Assembly (NCBI GenBank): GCA_012295275.1
Contig: CM022671.1
Span: 13,764,001 to 13,828,000 of the forward strand
Length of the DNA stretch: 64,000 bases
Source: Chrysomallon squamiferum
Taxonomy: Eukaryota; Animalia; Mollusca
Direction: 5' to 3'
The first letter of the stretch is position 1. Each line of letters begins with the position of its first letter. Below the pieces are notes generated by a model. That model saw only the letters and a list, made by a program, of their open reading frames with translations. It searched no databases and was not told the DNA's origin. This document shows positions 14,143 to 26,745 of the stretch, piece after piece. Both the position numbers and the translations under genes were made by a program.

Positions 14143-15400
14143 ATGGTGTTCTCTGTCACTTGCAAAATGGATCTAGAGGAGACTTCCAGGCTTTCGTTGT
14201 ACGTGAGTTATGGAGAGAATAAGTATATCTTGATATCTAAGGACGAATTCATTAAGACTGTTGGCGAGTTGCAGGAAGCCAGCCAGGCACCCAAGAAATC
14301 ACTGACTGAGTTTTACTTGCTTAAGAAATATGAACTACTGCAGTGTGGGGACGTTCAAAAGCTCATCAGAAAGAAGCAAATCAGTTACATCCTTTGTACT
14401 CACTACCGTCGAGGAGACCTTTGAACCTATCAGACACCCCCATATCGCTACTGGTCATGGGGAACGAGACAGAATGATCAAGGAGATCAACAAGATCAAC
14501 CCAGAATGCTTATATCTTATTCAAGACCGTATGCACTGAATGCCAGGGAAAACGGCAACGAACAACTAGCAAGGGAATTGTCGTCAAACCAATCCTAAGG
14601 TCTTCAGTTCCAGAGCGCAAGTTGACCTCATCGACATGCAGTCTACGTGCCAAAGTCAACACAAATGGATTATGGTGTACCAAGACCATCTTACCAAGAT
14701 GAGCATTATGCGTCCTCTCACTTCTAAGCGTGCATCAGAAGACATAAAAGACATGTTGATTGCATGGATGCTTGACAATGACACACGGGACTGGACTGCT
14801 GGACTCAGGTTTGTTCAATTTCAAAAGAACTCGAGTCATCATACAGGAATCAAACGTTCTCCCTTAGCTGCTCTGTTTGGTGCCGATGCGAAAGTAAGAT
14901 TCACATCATCCAGCCTACCCCAAGATGCCATTGCAGTCTCACCCATCTGTACGTCAGGAGGAAATTAGGCTGCAGAAAGAAGGTGCCAGAGATGCCCAGT
15001 TCCAGCAGGCAGAGAGAATGGTCAAATGATGTCGCATTGTGTTTTCTAGTGTGCAAAACGGAAGCAATGTGACAGTGTCCATTCATTCAGGTTTCAGAGG
15101 ACTTGCAGACCTAGGAACATTATCGGAGTTGTGACAGAGTGCAGTGACAACAAATTGTTTACAATTGCTGAACATGGAGGAATATAGAATCTAAAGTACT
15201 CTAGAAACCAATCCGATGTATCTGCTACGACCTTGTATTCACCTCATGTCTGTACAGATAATGACATTTCCCTGCGCCAAGTTGTGCAGCTGGAGTTAAG
15301 ATGCGATGGACAAGGTTTCATAAGATGTAACTGTGCTGGAAGTGTCAGACAAATGGATGTAAATGCTTCAAAGCCAGATTAGTGTGCATAATTATCTAGC
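14143..15400 (+). mobile_element. Degraded KRBA2/SCAND3-like rve-integrase transposon (Ginger/GIN-type), pseudogenised
   Basis: Fragments read H..TGHG.RDRM.KE, C.EC..K, VVKPI, QVDLIDMQS..KWIMVYQDHLTK..RPLTSKRA.E, DIKDMLIAWM.DN.T.DW..GLRFVQFQKN..HH.GIKRSP..A.FG, DPRNIIGVV, and a C-terminal GQGF.RCNC..C..CKCFK Cys cluster. Multiple frameshifts and deletions. Confidence 0.85.
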
Positions 15401-15807
15401 TGCGACTTTAGGGATTATGGCCCGGGGCGTAGATAAACTGTTGTTGAGGTGTACTAATTATAATCTACCTACGTGCCGGTACTTGTTAATTGCACCTTTA
15501 CTTGGCCGACGGTGTGTGCAGTCAAAACCTAGCAACGAACTAATCCTGTAAAACAGTGCAAGAGTTCTTTTCATTAGTAATGTTATTACAAATAATAAAA
15601 TAAACAAAATTTTAGAATGATATGCAATACCTAAGTTTTAACGGCTCTGGTGTAAATCTGTCTACCCTTACGTCGCCTGTGTGTCTGTCTCAGTATCTAT
15701 GTCTGTTAAGTTTTATTTATTAATTCATAAACATGATATCATAAAAAAAAAATTCTACTTACATATATTTATTTAATTTACTTTTACTATTATTATTAGT
15801 AGTAGTA

Positions 15808-15838
<31 letters not shown>

Positions 15839-16556
15839 GTGTTAAGCTTTTATTTGGGGGTTGGGACGATGGTGTAATTTATTTATTTATTTATTTTCTG
15901 AATTACAAAGAAGAATTATTATATCTTACACAGTTATATCTGAAACTTAAATGTTTTGGTATATGTATTATTATTATTTAGTAATTAGGTATATATTATT
16001 ATTATCGTATTATGTTACCTTTTTGTACAGTTCTTATTTGAATACAATAAAAATCATCTCGTAAGAAACATAATGGAATAACCTCTTTTTAATAGTGGAA
16101 CCCGTCTTTTAACAGGACACGTACATTTTCATAAAAGGAAACTAAACCGGATTAATGACAGTTAAAAGATACGTCTCATATTTAATATATACATATTGCA
16201 GATAATCAGTTTATTAAACATTAATAACATTATTTTCAGTAATAAGTTGGGAGGAGTTAAGAATTTTGCAGAAAAATGTAACCCATCACACTGCCGTCAC
16301 GTAAAGGTTCATTAGTGGATGATGGTTCAGTTGGAATATCATTCATACTTGCTACATCTCCCATGGTAGAACAAATTGATAATTAAATCTTATAATTTGA
16401 CCGTTACTAAAAATAATCCAACTATTTAATCTAATTCGAACTTTGTATTTCTAATTAATGCCTAATGTTTTCTACATTCTTTCCCAGAATAATAAAAACT
16501 GAAACATTCTTCTTGATTACAAATTTTAATATTTTGATTTATTTTTATTAAATCTT

Positions 16557-16597
<41 letters not shown>

Positions 16598-17248
16598 TTT
16601 CTTTTCAATTCTGCATACATTTTACATTTAAAAAACTGGAAGAAATATTGTATTTACATAAAATATATATGGTTCAGCATATTCTACACAAAAATAAATG
16701 TTCTGTAACATACCTGATAAAAAATAAATGATTTTCACACAAGACATTTTTTTCACCACTAAAATGCTGATAACTGTGATAAAGCAGGACGTTTACAAAT
16801 AATTTATAAATCATTTGAAGAATAGACAGAGAAAAAATATTTTCACAATAATTTTCAAGTTAATATATGAATGCCTGCATGTACATAAGGTAATAGTATC
16901 AATATTATAACGAATTACTTTCGAAATACAATACTTTTTAATTTCAAGGTTTCACCAAATTTCGATACTTTGAAAACTGAATATGTTAATATTAAAAATG
17001 TTCCGTACGTATTTCTAGAAACAGACTCCTGTTTTGAGACACTCGAATGGTTTTAGTTCCAGAATTGCTCAAAAACTGACCTTTGATACAAAAGATATGA
17101 AAACAAGAGCCCACGGTGTGCTTACTGTTAGTCCAATAATATCGCAAATATAGAAAACACGAATGTTAAATAATTCTGTGATCACATCGACAATAGGTAT
17201 TACAACTCTGTACAGGGTAATTTCCACATGTAATTACTGAAAAACGTA

Positions 17249-17626
17249 TTACATGTCTGTTATGACCATTCCCAACATAGCAATGAAAACGTTGATCATA
17301 GTCAGAAGCATGACGTGGCGGGTGCTGCCAACGTCGTTCGATTTGTGCGTAGTAGCATGTTCATTTTCATTTGATACCTCCATGCCGCTAAGCTTCCGTA
17401 TGTTGATGGCGACAACGACTTGAAGAACTGCAGAGATTCCAATAAGAACCATTAACATGATGTGGTAGCCTTTACGGTACCTTAGAGGCATATCCAACAA
17501 GGATTTAAATAGAGAGGCATTCGCCATTTGTACGGCAAAGTCCATCAATCCTTGAAAAAAGATCTTTTTGTTGACACACGCTCTGATATTTGTTCTAATA
17601 GGCGACAGCGTTTGCTGATTACTCAT
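17249..17626 (-). CDS. Ninjurin-family protein (divergent, single ORF, 125 aa; possibly decaying)
   Basis: NKK...QGLMDFA..MANAS.FK resembles ninjurin KKT.AQG.LD.AL..ANASQLK. A hydrophobic segment LMVLIGISAVLQVVV follows, and C-terminal MINVFIAMLG resembles VNVFI.AFG. Confidence 0.8.
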   Translation of the reverse strand: MSNQQTLSPIRTNIRACVNKKIFFQGLMDFAVQMANASLFKSLLDMPLRYRKGYHIMLMVLIGISAVLQVVVAINIRKLSGMEVSNENEHATTHKSNDVGSTRHVMLLTMINVFIAMLGMVITDM

Positions 17627-17725
17627 AATGACGTAATTATGGCAAAATGATAAAATTTAAAACAGTACTTAAGGAATATACATCATACGAAAATATCGAA
17701 ATGATTTTTTTCTGTAGGTTAAATG

Positions 17726-17733
17726 TGACGTCA
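17726..17733. promoter_or_regulatory. Perfect CRE palindrome TGACGTCA about 100 bp upstream of the ninjurin ATG
   Basis: Sequence match. A second near-CRE, TGACGTAA, lies at 17629-17636. Function not shown. Confidence 0.3.
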
Positions 17734-17986
17734 GAATGTTGTATGGTAACGGACAAGAACAATCACCCATAGGTCTAGTACAAGACAGTCAGCAACAGAA
17801 AATAAATAACAACATCAACACAACAGTAATAATAATAATAATACAATTTGTATGTGAATATATACTGTATGTATATGCGTATGTGTGTGCGTTATTATTA
17901 TTATTATTGACATTCATTGATCATTATGTGAGTCATTTTTACGATATATATACTTTCAACATATAAATATATCAAAATGTGTTAGA

Positions 17987-17987
<1 letters not shown>

Positions 17988-18038
<51 letters not shown>

Positions 18039-18130
18039 AATAATAATAATAATAATAATAATGGTAATAATATAATAAAAATCAAATGAAATAAACAAAT
18101 TATTAACCCATCAAAAAAATAACAATAACC

Positions 18131-18170
<40 letters not shown>
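17988..18170. repeat. (AAC)n/(AAT)n trinucleotide microsatellites
   Basis: Directly visible. Confidence 0.9.
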
Positions 18171-18172
<2 letters not shown>

Positions 18173-18359
18173 TGTTCTGAGGTATAATTCATTAAGGCGT
18201 GTGAGAGATAATATCTGTTTTTTCTATTCTTGCAACATCAATTTTTACTTCAAGCAAAGCTTTAAATATGTAACAGAAAAAAATAATTAAAAGACAGAAG
18301 CCAAAAAGTATTGCTTGTTTGTGTGTGTGTGTGTTGTTTTTGGGGGGTTATTTATTTTC

Positions 18360-18424
18360 ATTATTTTTTATTTATTTATTTATTTTATTTTATTTTATTT
18401 TATTTTATTTTATTTTTTATTTTA

Positions 18425-18464
<40 letters not shown>

Positions 18465-18484
18465 TTTTTTTTTTTTTTTTTTTT
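18360..18484. repeat. (TTTTA)n/(TTA)n/poly-T low-complexity tract
   Basis: Directly visible. Confidence 0.9.
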
Positions 18485-20254
18485 GTTTGTTTGTTTAAGT
18501 TTTATTATCATCGTTATGGATGAGGGCTAATAATTATAATAAAAAATATTTATATTTTCACTTAGTCAGGGTTTCGTGTCAGGCTATAATTATGTGAAAT
18601 ACCATGCAATGTCTGAAGGTTAGAATAATAACAATAACCTATATCTGACTGCAATCTTTCATTCATCGAGCTAGCAACGCCATATATTTACTGTCACTTC
18701 TTGTGCTGTAATGGTATTCAGACCACTTGGATTTCAGTAATACGTCTAAAGTGTTTAGACCCACCTGGGTTGTAATTTGCCAGCAAAGAACATGAGACGC
18801 AGGTTTAGAGAGACCCCGCTTTGTACTGTTAAGTCAGAGTCCCACGCCAGTTTTCAAACCGACGATAAGGACATTTCTCTTCACTCTCACGCCGTGATCT
18901 AATGCGGAAAAGGTAAAATTATTTGGTGTATTACATTGATAAACTAACATTTCAAGTCAGAGTTGGGGTTTTTTCCTTGTTTTTTTTTGTTTTGTTTTTT
19001 TAAGTGAAATATTATTAATATCAGTCTTTAGTGTTTAGTGATGTTAGTAATTAATTATTGCTTTTGTTTATTGTTGCTTTTAATAATATCATTAGCAAAC
19101 TTAATTTATAAATATTTTCATCTCGATGAAAAAAAAAAACCTTTAAAAGTTGTTGTTCTAAAAGTAGTTATAAGTAGCAGTAAAAGAAGATAATTATATT
19201 AGTGAAAAGAATTATAACAATAGTGACTACTATTACTACTATTACTACTACTACTACTACTACTACTAATAATAATAATAATAACAGCAACAACAAACTA
19301 CTGTAGTATAAGGAAGAAAAACAACCCAGACACAACAACACATGAATGTATCCTAACAAAATCACTTCTTAAGAACAACATTGTCGTTTTAATTTGAAGT
19401 TTATTACCATTTGAAAATGTCTTCTAAACGTTAATCGCGACTTTGGAGTAAAATCAGACACTTATTCAAATAATCTGCATTAAAAGTATACATTCGACCT
19501 CAAATTTTTGTTATTTACCCAATGCCTTCTTGAATAGATTTGAAAAGTAATTGCCAATGGATAACGCCAGTCACGAAAAAAAGTAATCAGAAATTTCAAG
19601 AAACATTGTACACATATGAAGGTTGAAGGTTATATGACCTTTGCTGTCTTATTCAATTGCTAGCGTTTCTAATGCAGTGGAGCTACAGTAGTGTACAGAC
19701 TACGGGTCAGGTGATTTGAAAATAATGTGAATTTCAGTACATTGTCTTTCTTTTAAATATTTAGCAATGATTTTTATCTTTTATTTTTACTGTCTTAAGA
19801 GATAATATATTGAAGCGACTGGAGTTTTAAAATTAATTTCTTGGCAATAGTTTACATCAGTAACTATGTACAAGAAAAACAAACCCGCACCGTACATTAA
19901 AGGGTATTAAAGCACCATATCTATTAAAATTATATGATGTTAACACGTGCAGAAACTTCCAGTATTTTAAAATGTCAGGATAAAGTACTTTATCCGAAGA
20001 TTATAGCAATCTTGTCAATTTTCAAAAAGATCTTGTTGCCATGAGAAAATCAATTCAGAAATAATTTTATCTGCAGAGATAAGCTGACATGTTATTGGCG
20101 GTTGACAAATAAACGCATGCTTTTTAAGAAGTCTGGCATTTGAAAAGCTGATGACCCAGTTATTTAATCATCTGACAATGATGGATTCAATGGAAAAACG
20201 TTATCTTCGGCTCCAATGCAGATTCTGATTACCAATTTCTTTAAAGTTTTATAC

Positions 20255-20288
<34 letters not shown>

Positions 20289-21972
20289 TCGTCTTGAAAG
20301 TCACTGCAATGACCTTATATTAAACCAAAGATCCGCTACTGCCTCTTCACCTACTTTTAGTTTTCCTGACTGCATACAGATAATTATTTCTAAATACCAA
20401 AAATAACCATAAAAAAAAAAAAAAAAAAATTGAAAAAAGAGAAAGAGAGAGGAATAAATAAAGAAAAATGTATCAAGGATAGAGAGAAGGAGAAAAAACA
20501 ACAACAAAGAGCATTTGACTTTGGTCTGTGTAACTGTATAAGACTATTTTGAAATGTCATAAATAATGTTTTTTGTTATTCGTTGCTTTCGGCATTCTAA
20601 CCTTAGCAAAATAAAGCAAGACGATATCCAGTTATTCCCTTTATATATATATATATTTATTTGTACTTTTGTTTGTTTGTTTGTTTGTTTGTTTCAGTTC
20701 ATCTGTGTGTTGTAACACAGTTGAATGCTGCTTTAGTGTCAGTCGCTTTAACGGTGTTTTGATTCATGAATTAGACGAATTACATTGGATTACAAATATT
20801 ATGTTCTCTCTATGGAAGGTTGTAAATCCTTTATGTCAATCCGCAAAAATAGTGCTGAATACTGTTTGGTTAAAACACATTTTGCAAACTTCGTGGGGTT
20901 CATTTTGTTGTTTGATGTCGTTTTTTGCCCTTGTTTTTTTTTTTTTTTTTTAAACTATTATTTCACTTTATGACACTTTCTTAAAGAACGGTTTTGAAAA
21001 TCTTAAGAAATCAAAAGGAAAAGGAAATTAAGAAAAAATCCCCCAAAACCCACCAAATAAATGACTGAACACACGCACTCAAACTAAATAACAAAGGAAA
21101 AGAAAGATTTAAATAGAAATGAAGAAACAAATAATAAGAAAAATAATACAAACATTAAAACCAATAGAATTATAAAGCAGACAAACCAACAACACTGAAT
21201 TATAATCTAGTCTGCGCGATAGTGACTATTTAATCGTTAAAAATGGTCTCACATTTTGTTAGAAATCAGTAGAATAACCTAAGAAAATCTCCCCCAAAGT
21301 TACCTACGTAGATGCAGTTAGCATTATTACGATCAGTGATAATGTGCATATTGGAAACATTCTGATTTCTGAAAAACTGAAAGGTAGACCACAACTGAAC
21401 TGATTACATATGTATCAAGGTGGTTATGAAAATGTTTTTAAATTAAAAAAACACCAAAACAACATATAAATACATATATATATATATATATATTGGTTTT
21501 GATACACGTGTAGCCTATGTTTGAAATGGCAGCCCTTTGATTTTTCTAGAACGGTAAATTATTAACATTTACACTCAGATATATTACTAGTTCTGTTAGT
21601 TGGAGTAATAAATCTAAATTGATACCAGCAGATTCGATATTTCAAAAGAAATGAATCTGAAAGAAAACCAAAGACCTTTATTTTTTTCGCTTTGTGAGTT
21701 ATTTACACTGTTACTTATAGTTTCCAGTAAGAATGAATTGAATGTGTACCAATCAATTTTTCCCCCCCTACCGGCTCTTATGAAACTGAAATGTAAAAAG
21801 TCTCAAGATGAAAATAATTAAATCAACTGAAAGAAATACTTCAAGCACAGAAATATCATCACATGATGGAGAAAAAAAAAAAAAAATAAATACAAAAAAA
21901 AATTAAATAATAATAATAATAATAAAATAATAAAATAAGTTACTCCTTTCACAGATAATCCAATATTGATAG

Positions 21973-22003
<31 letters not shown>

Positions 22004-22630
22004 CTGAAGAGAATGGTTAATTATGGTAAACTTCCAAGACTTTATATTGTATCGGATAAACTTGTAAATTAATACATTAACTGTTTACAAAATAAACTAT
22101 ACTGTATGGCCTGTATTATATTGCAACTATTTTCTGTTTAAATTACACACATATACACACGCACACGAAAAACAAAAAAATCGGCATAAATATTGTTAAT
22201 ACTTAGATACGTATGTAGATAGAATAAAAAGTGTTTAAAATGCTTTTGTCTTGTTATATTTCTGAGTTAGAAAATATGTAGAAAAGGAGGAATAATTCAG
22301 ACCCATCTATTCATACAGCAAAAGCTAATTATAATACATCAAATGGGTAACAGGATGGTTACAGAATTTCATTAAATGGGGTTAAGCTTTATGGGGTGAA
22401 TATATATAACTTTCAATACCGGTAATTTTTCTTTAAAACTAGTTTAAAGAATAAAAAAAAAATCCGGTCAGAAACATTTGGAACCGGCACAATCCGATTT
22501 TGTTGCCTATTTGAACAGTGTTAATTTTTTAACTGCTAATAGTTGAAATATTGATGTGACAATTCTTGAACTGATGTCGTGTAGTGCATTTACGTGTTTC
22601 ATAAATTCAGATTTACTGAAGGTACATTAA

Positions 22631-22788
22631 TAAATTTGAGAAATATTTACTTAATTTCAAATCTAAATGTTAATATATATGCTGAATGAATGCTTTTTAT
22701 TGTCCTCGGTAAATTTGAGAAATATTTACTTAATTTCAAATCTAAATGTTAATATATATACTGAATGAATGCTTTTTATTGTCCTCGG
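22631..22788. repeat. 79-bp tandem duplication (2 copies, 1 mismatch)
   Basis: taaatttgagaaat...tgtcctcgg occurs at 22631-22709 and 22710-22788. Confidence 0.95.
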
Positions 22789-23019
22789 TAGTTGGTTTGT
22801 CAGCTAGACTTGGTATTTTATGAAACGTTTGGTATGTGTTTTGTATGATCCTCAAATACGTATGCTTGACTCAGTACTTTATGTTTATTTTGCATGATTT
22901 TTAACTGATAACTTGTCATTATCTAGTTAGGAAGGTTCATGGAGCACTGTGACTCGTGACAGATAACAGCTTTCAGTAAACAAATTTGTCAAAAAACAAA
23001 GTTTAACAGAAATGTCATT

Positions 23020-25496
23020 ATGTTAAGGATAATGCTCTTTATAATAGTAATAATTTCATTAGTCCAGTGCTCTCAGTATTTAATTGTTAATAACGACAAT
23101 AAACTGGTTTTTTATTCTGGAGATATACGAGTTGAAATAACAAAAGATATCTGGGGAATGAGTATATTTAATAATGTTACCGGAAAATCTCTTATACAGG
23201 AATGCAGGAACGAGTGCATAACGCCGAAACTCGGTTTCGGGCGATGGGATGGAAAGTATTTCGATTTGTATCAAGGGTACTTGTGGAGATCTGGTAGCTT
23301 GGTGGATTGGTTCAAAGCCACAAAGGTGAAATCGGTCAGATATGGGAAAAAAGACATATGGGTTTCTATTGCCACTAACGACACGAAGAACAGAATAATA
23401 ATGGCTCATTTCTTCAATCTGAAAGCGAAACAAATGTCCTTCGAATTTGAAGTGCTACCACCGGAAGACTGCAATCGAATTGGATGGGGTTTTGATAGAA
23501 TTAATACTGACCGGTTTTTTGGATTCGGTGAAAGATTTAACGGTGTAAGTCAGAATAAAAAAGTTGGCAGCTGGGCTGAAGACGGCAGCTAGAGTATCGG
23601 AAAACTGTATCCTGATGCCAGAATCCCTGCCGGAGCAACAAGTACTTATTTTCCAATGCCACTCTTTCTCAGGTCGAGCAATGCCTTCCAGTTAAATACA
23701 TATTACCGATCAGAATTTGATATATCTGAATCAGATGTTTCTATATTAATAGAAAATTCTGTATTTAATGCCACAGTTTTTGCTGGAAAAAATGCCCGTG
23801 ATAATTTTATGATGATAACTGGACAAAATGGGTATTCACTGATTCCACCTCCATGGGCATTTGGTCCGCGGAATCAGCTGAATAGTGAAAAAACTGGTGT
23901 TAACTCAACAGTCAGGGCGAACGAAATGCTTCTACAGCAAGACATACCTGTCTCGCTTAACATTGAACCAGTGCAATTCTTTCCCGCTGGCGATGATATT
24001 AGACGTCGAGACCAGCTTAAACAAGAGAATTTTCATCTACTGCATATGGGGATTCCATCAGTTGCCTATTTTAACTCTATGGTTGAACAAAAATTGACAG
24101 ATACATACAAAAAAGCAGCCAGGAAGGGATTTTTTACAAGTAATTCTTCAGGAGATCCATATCAGTTTTTGTACTTAGGTGCCAAACTATTTAACGTTTC
24201 TCAGATTGATTTTATAAATCCCGAAGCGGTGAGCTGGTATAAAAAGCACCTCCAACAAGCTCTGGACATTCAATACAAAGGTTGGATGTACGACTATGGT
24301 GAATATACTCCACCTGATTCAATATTTTTTTAAATCAGTCTGGATTGCGATCACATAATGAATATCCCGTGCTCTATCAAAAAGCGTGTTTTGATTTTCT
24401 TACTCAGAATGAGAAAAATAGATCAAAATATGCGCCAGATTATTTACACTCAGGGCAGCGGATTGCCAGCCCAGATACAAGCCATGCTTAGTATCAGCAT
24501 TTCTGGGATTCCTTTCACTGGATCTGATATTGGAGGATTCGAATGGTACACAGATCCCCCACCATCCGAGGAACTTTGGGTTAGGTGGACACAGCTTGGA
24601 TCGTTCAGTGGCTTATGCACGAACAGGGAGGAGGAAAAGGATTAGGAAAGAAAACTCATATCTTTGACACATTTAATGGAACGAGACTTTGGAGAAAGTT
24701 CGCCAAGCTTCGGATCCAGCTATTTCCCTATATATGCAGTCAAGCACACATTGCACACGATACAGGACTACCTATCATGTGACACCATGTTCTTGATTTT
24801 TTCGATGATGATAAAGCATGTGAAATGGATTTTCAGTTTATGTTCGGGGAAAGTTTCCTTGTAGCACCAGTAATGTATGAGCGTATAAGAAAACAAAAAA
24901 TCTACCTCCCCAAATATGAAACCTGGATTGATGTCAGCACAAATTTATCATATGATGAGGATGATGGTCGATTTAGAATTCATGCAAATGAAATTATGAA
25001 TGGCAGCCAGCAATTAGTTATGGATGCTCCCCTGGATACTGTACCCCTGCTAATAAGAGCTGGAAGTATAATTCCGTTGCTTGATCCATCAGTACATACA
25101 TTATACCCTATGCGACACCCACACATTAAAGGACTTTATGACGTAAAAATATTACACATTTGGGCTTGGCCTAACAACAGAAATTATGCAAAAGGCTACG
25201 ACTGGAATGGTAATCAGTACAAAATTAAACCTATTAGTTCCGATGGAATATTATTGAACATGAATTTGACGTCAACATTTTATAAATCGTTTATTGCACA
25301 AGTAGCAATTAACTATGGAAATCAACCCAAAGCAGTTAGTGAAATGAGTGGTGGTGATGCCTATAATCATGTAAGTTCTTGGGAAGATGTTGCCAAAACA
25401 AGTGAAACGAAAATATGGTACTTTGATGATGAGAAACATGTACTTTGGTTAAAAAGTGAATTTAGAAGTGTATCCGTCAAAATAATGTTTTGTTAA
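23020..25496 (+). pseudogene. Intronless secreted glycoside hydrolase family 31 (alpha-glycosidase-like) pseudogene
   Basis: Hydrophobic signal-like N-terminus. Motifs FFGFGERF, TYFPMP, PPPWAFG, IDF.NPEAV.WY, nucleophile motif GWMYDYGEY, HNEYP, SGIPFTGSDIGGF, ELWVRWTQLG, LR.QLFPYI, QFMFGESFLVAPV and APLDTVPLLIRAGSIIP. Lesions: TAG at 23590-23592, frameshift near 24330, frameshifting deletion near 24448, frameshift near 24615, TGA at 24780-24782. Confidence 0.9.
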
Positions 25497-26745
25497 AGGA
25501 TATTAAATAGTTATTATAATTATATATTTCGTCCCGTTCATCAGCCAGCTTTATTATTAAAATATAACTATATGTGTATTGCCTTTATTGCCAAATGGAG
25601 AGTTTCACCAAGGTTACAAAAAAGACAAATTAAAATAATATTTAATGTTCAGTGTTATTAATTGCGTTTTAAATAAAGATTAATGTATAATTAATGAGAT
25701 TATAATCGTACAAAGATGATACTGCTTTCACGTCTGTAATTCTCATTATCACATCAAATAATTCGAAATGGTTCTGAACAGTGAAGAATCAGTATTTGCA
25801 CAAATTAATTTCCTGTATTAAACTCTTGATAACTTATTATAAGATTTTGAAAAAAAAAAAAAAAAAGAGTATTACTTGATTAATGCCTAATTATATTTTG
25901 AATAAATGCTGGCTTTGAATTTTACTTCAGACTATTATGTTCCTTTGAGGATTGTGCTAACTGATATTATAAATAATATTATATTTTTAAAGTAAGGAGA
26001 ACAAGGTATGACATCAAAGGTCATATCAGCAAATCATTATTTCAAGAGATCAGTTTAATTTACCACAAATAAACAATCTTTTTGTAAACGATACTTTAAA
26101 AAATGTTGATTAGATCTTCAGATAATATGAATGAACAACTATAAGTGGTAATCCTTTTTAAGAATGTAATTCTGCTTGTCAGTCATTTTCAATTTAGCTT
26201 TCATTTGTAAGTCCTATAATTATTATTTTAATATTAATTGATGGTAAATTTCAATGTTGGTTATCTTTAAATCATATGTAATTACCTCATATTTATAAAC
26301 ACAGATTAATACAATATGTTATTTTAATTTCAGTGAACAAGACATTTTGCAAATATCATGCTCTGCTTTGGAAAGTTACAAAATGTATATGTCATAAAAA
26401 TTATATTGTATAGCAAAATCAATTTGTAGATTATGTTTAAAGTTATTGTTTAATTTCTGACAGGAAGTGAATAAAAAGAGTACTAATCAGTCTCTTGCAT
26501 AGTGAACACTCTCTCTTTCACCTGCTGAAACACACATCATCCATCCACACAAAATTTATGAAAGTGGAAAAAAAAATAATCTAACATATTTATCTCTGCA
26601 AATATAATATTTCTTAAATAAGTGCCATAAAAAAATAATATTATTTCAAACATTCTGTTCTATTTCTTCCTTTATATACGTAGTCCCTCTGTTTCTTTTC
26701 CAGACTCTGGTTTGATGTTAGTGTTCCATGGAAAATATCAGCTAA

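Noticed and set aside
18560-18915. GC-richer complex island between microsatellites
   Set aside because: I found no sustained ORF or recognisable RNA or transposon motif in the frames I read.
23020-25496. Programmed frameshifting or stop readthrough producing a functional GH31
   Set aside because: Five independent lesions, including loss of a catalytic segment, are better explained by pseudogenisation.
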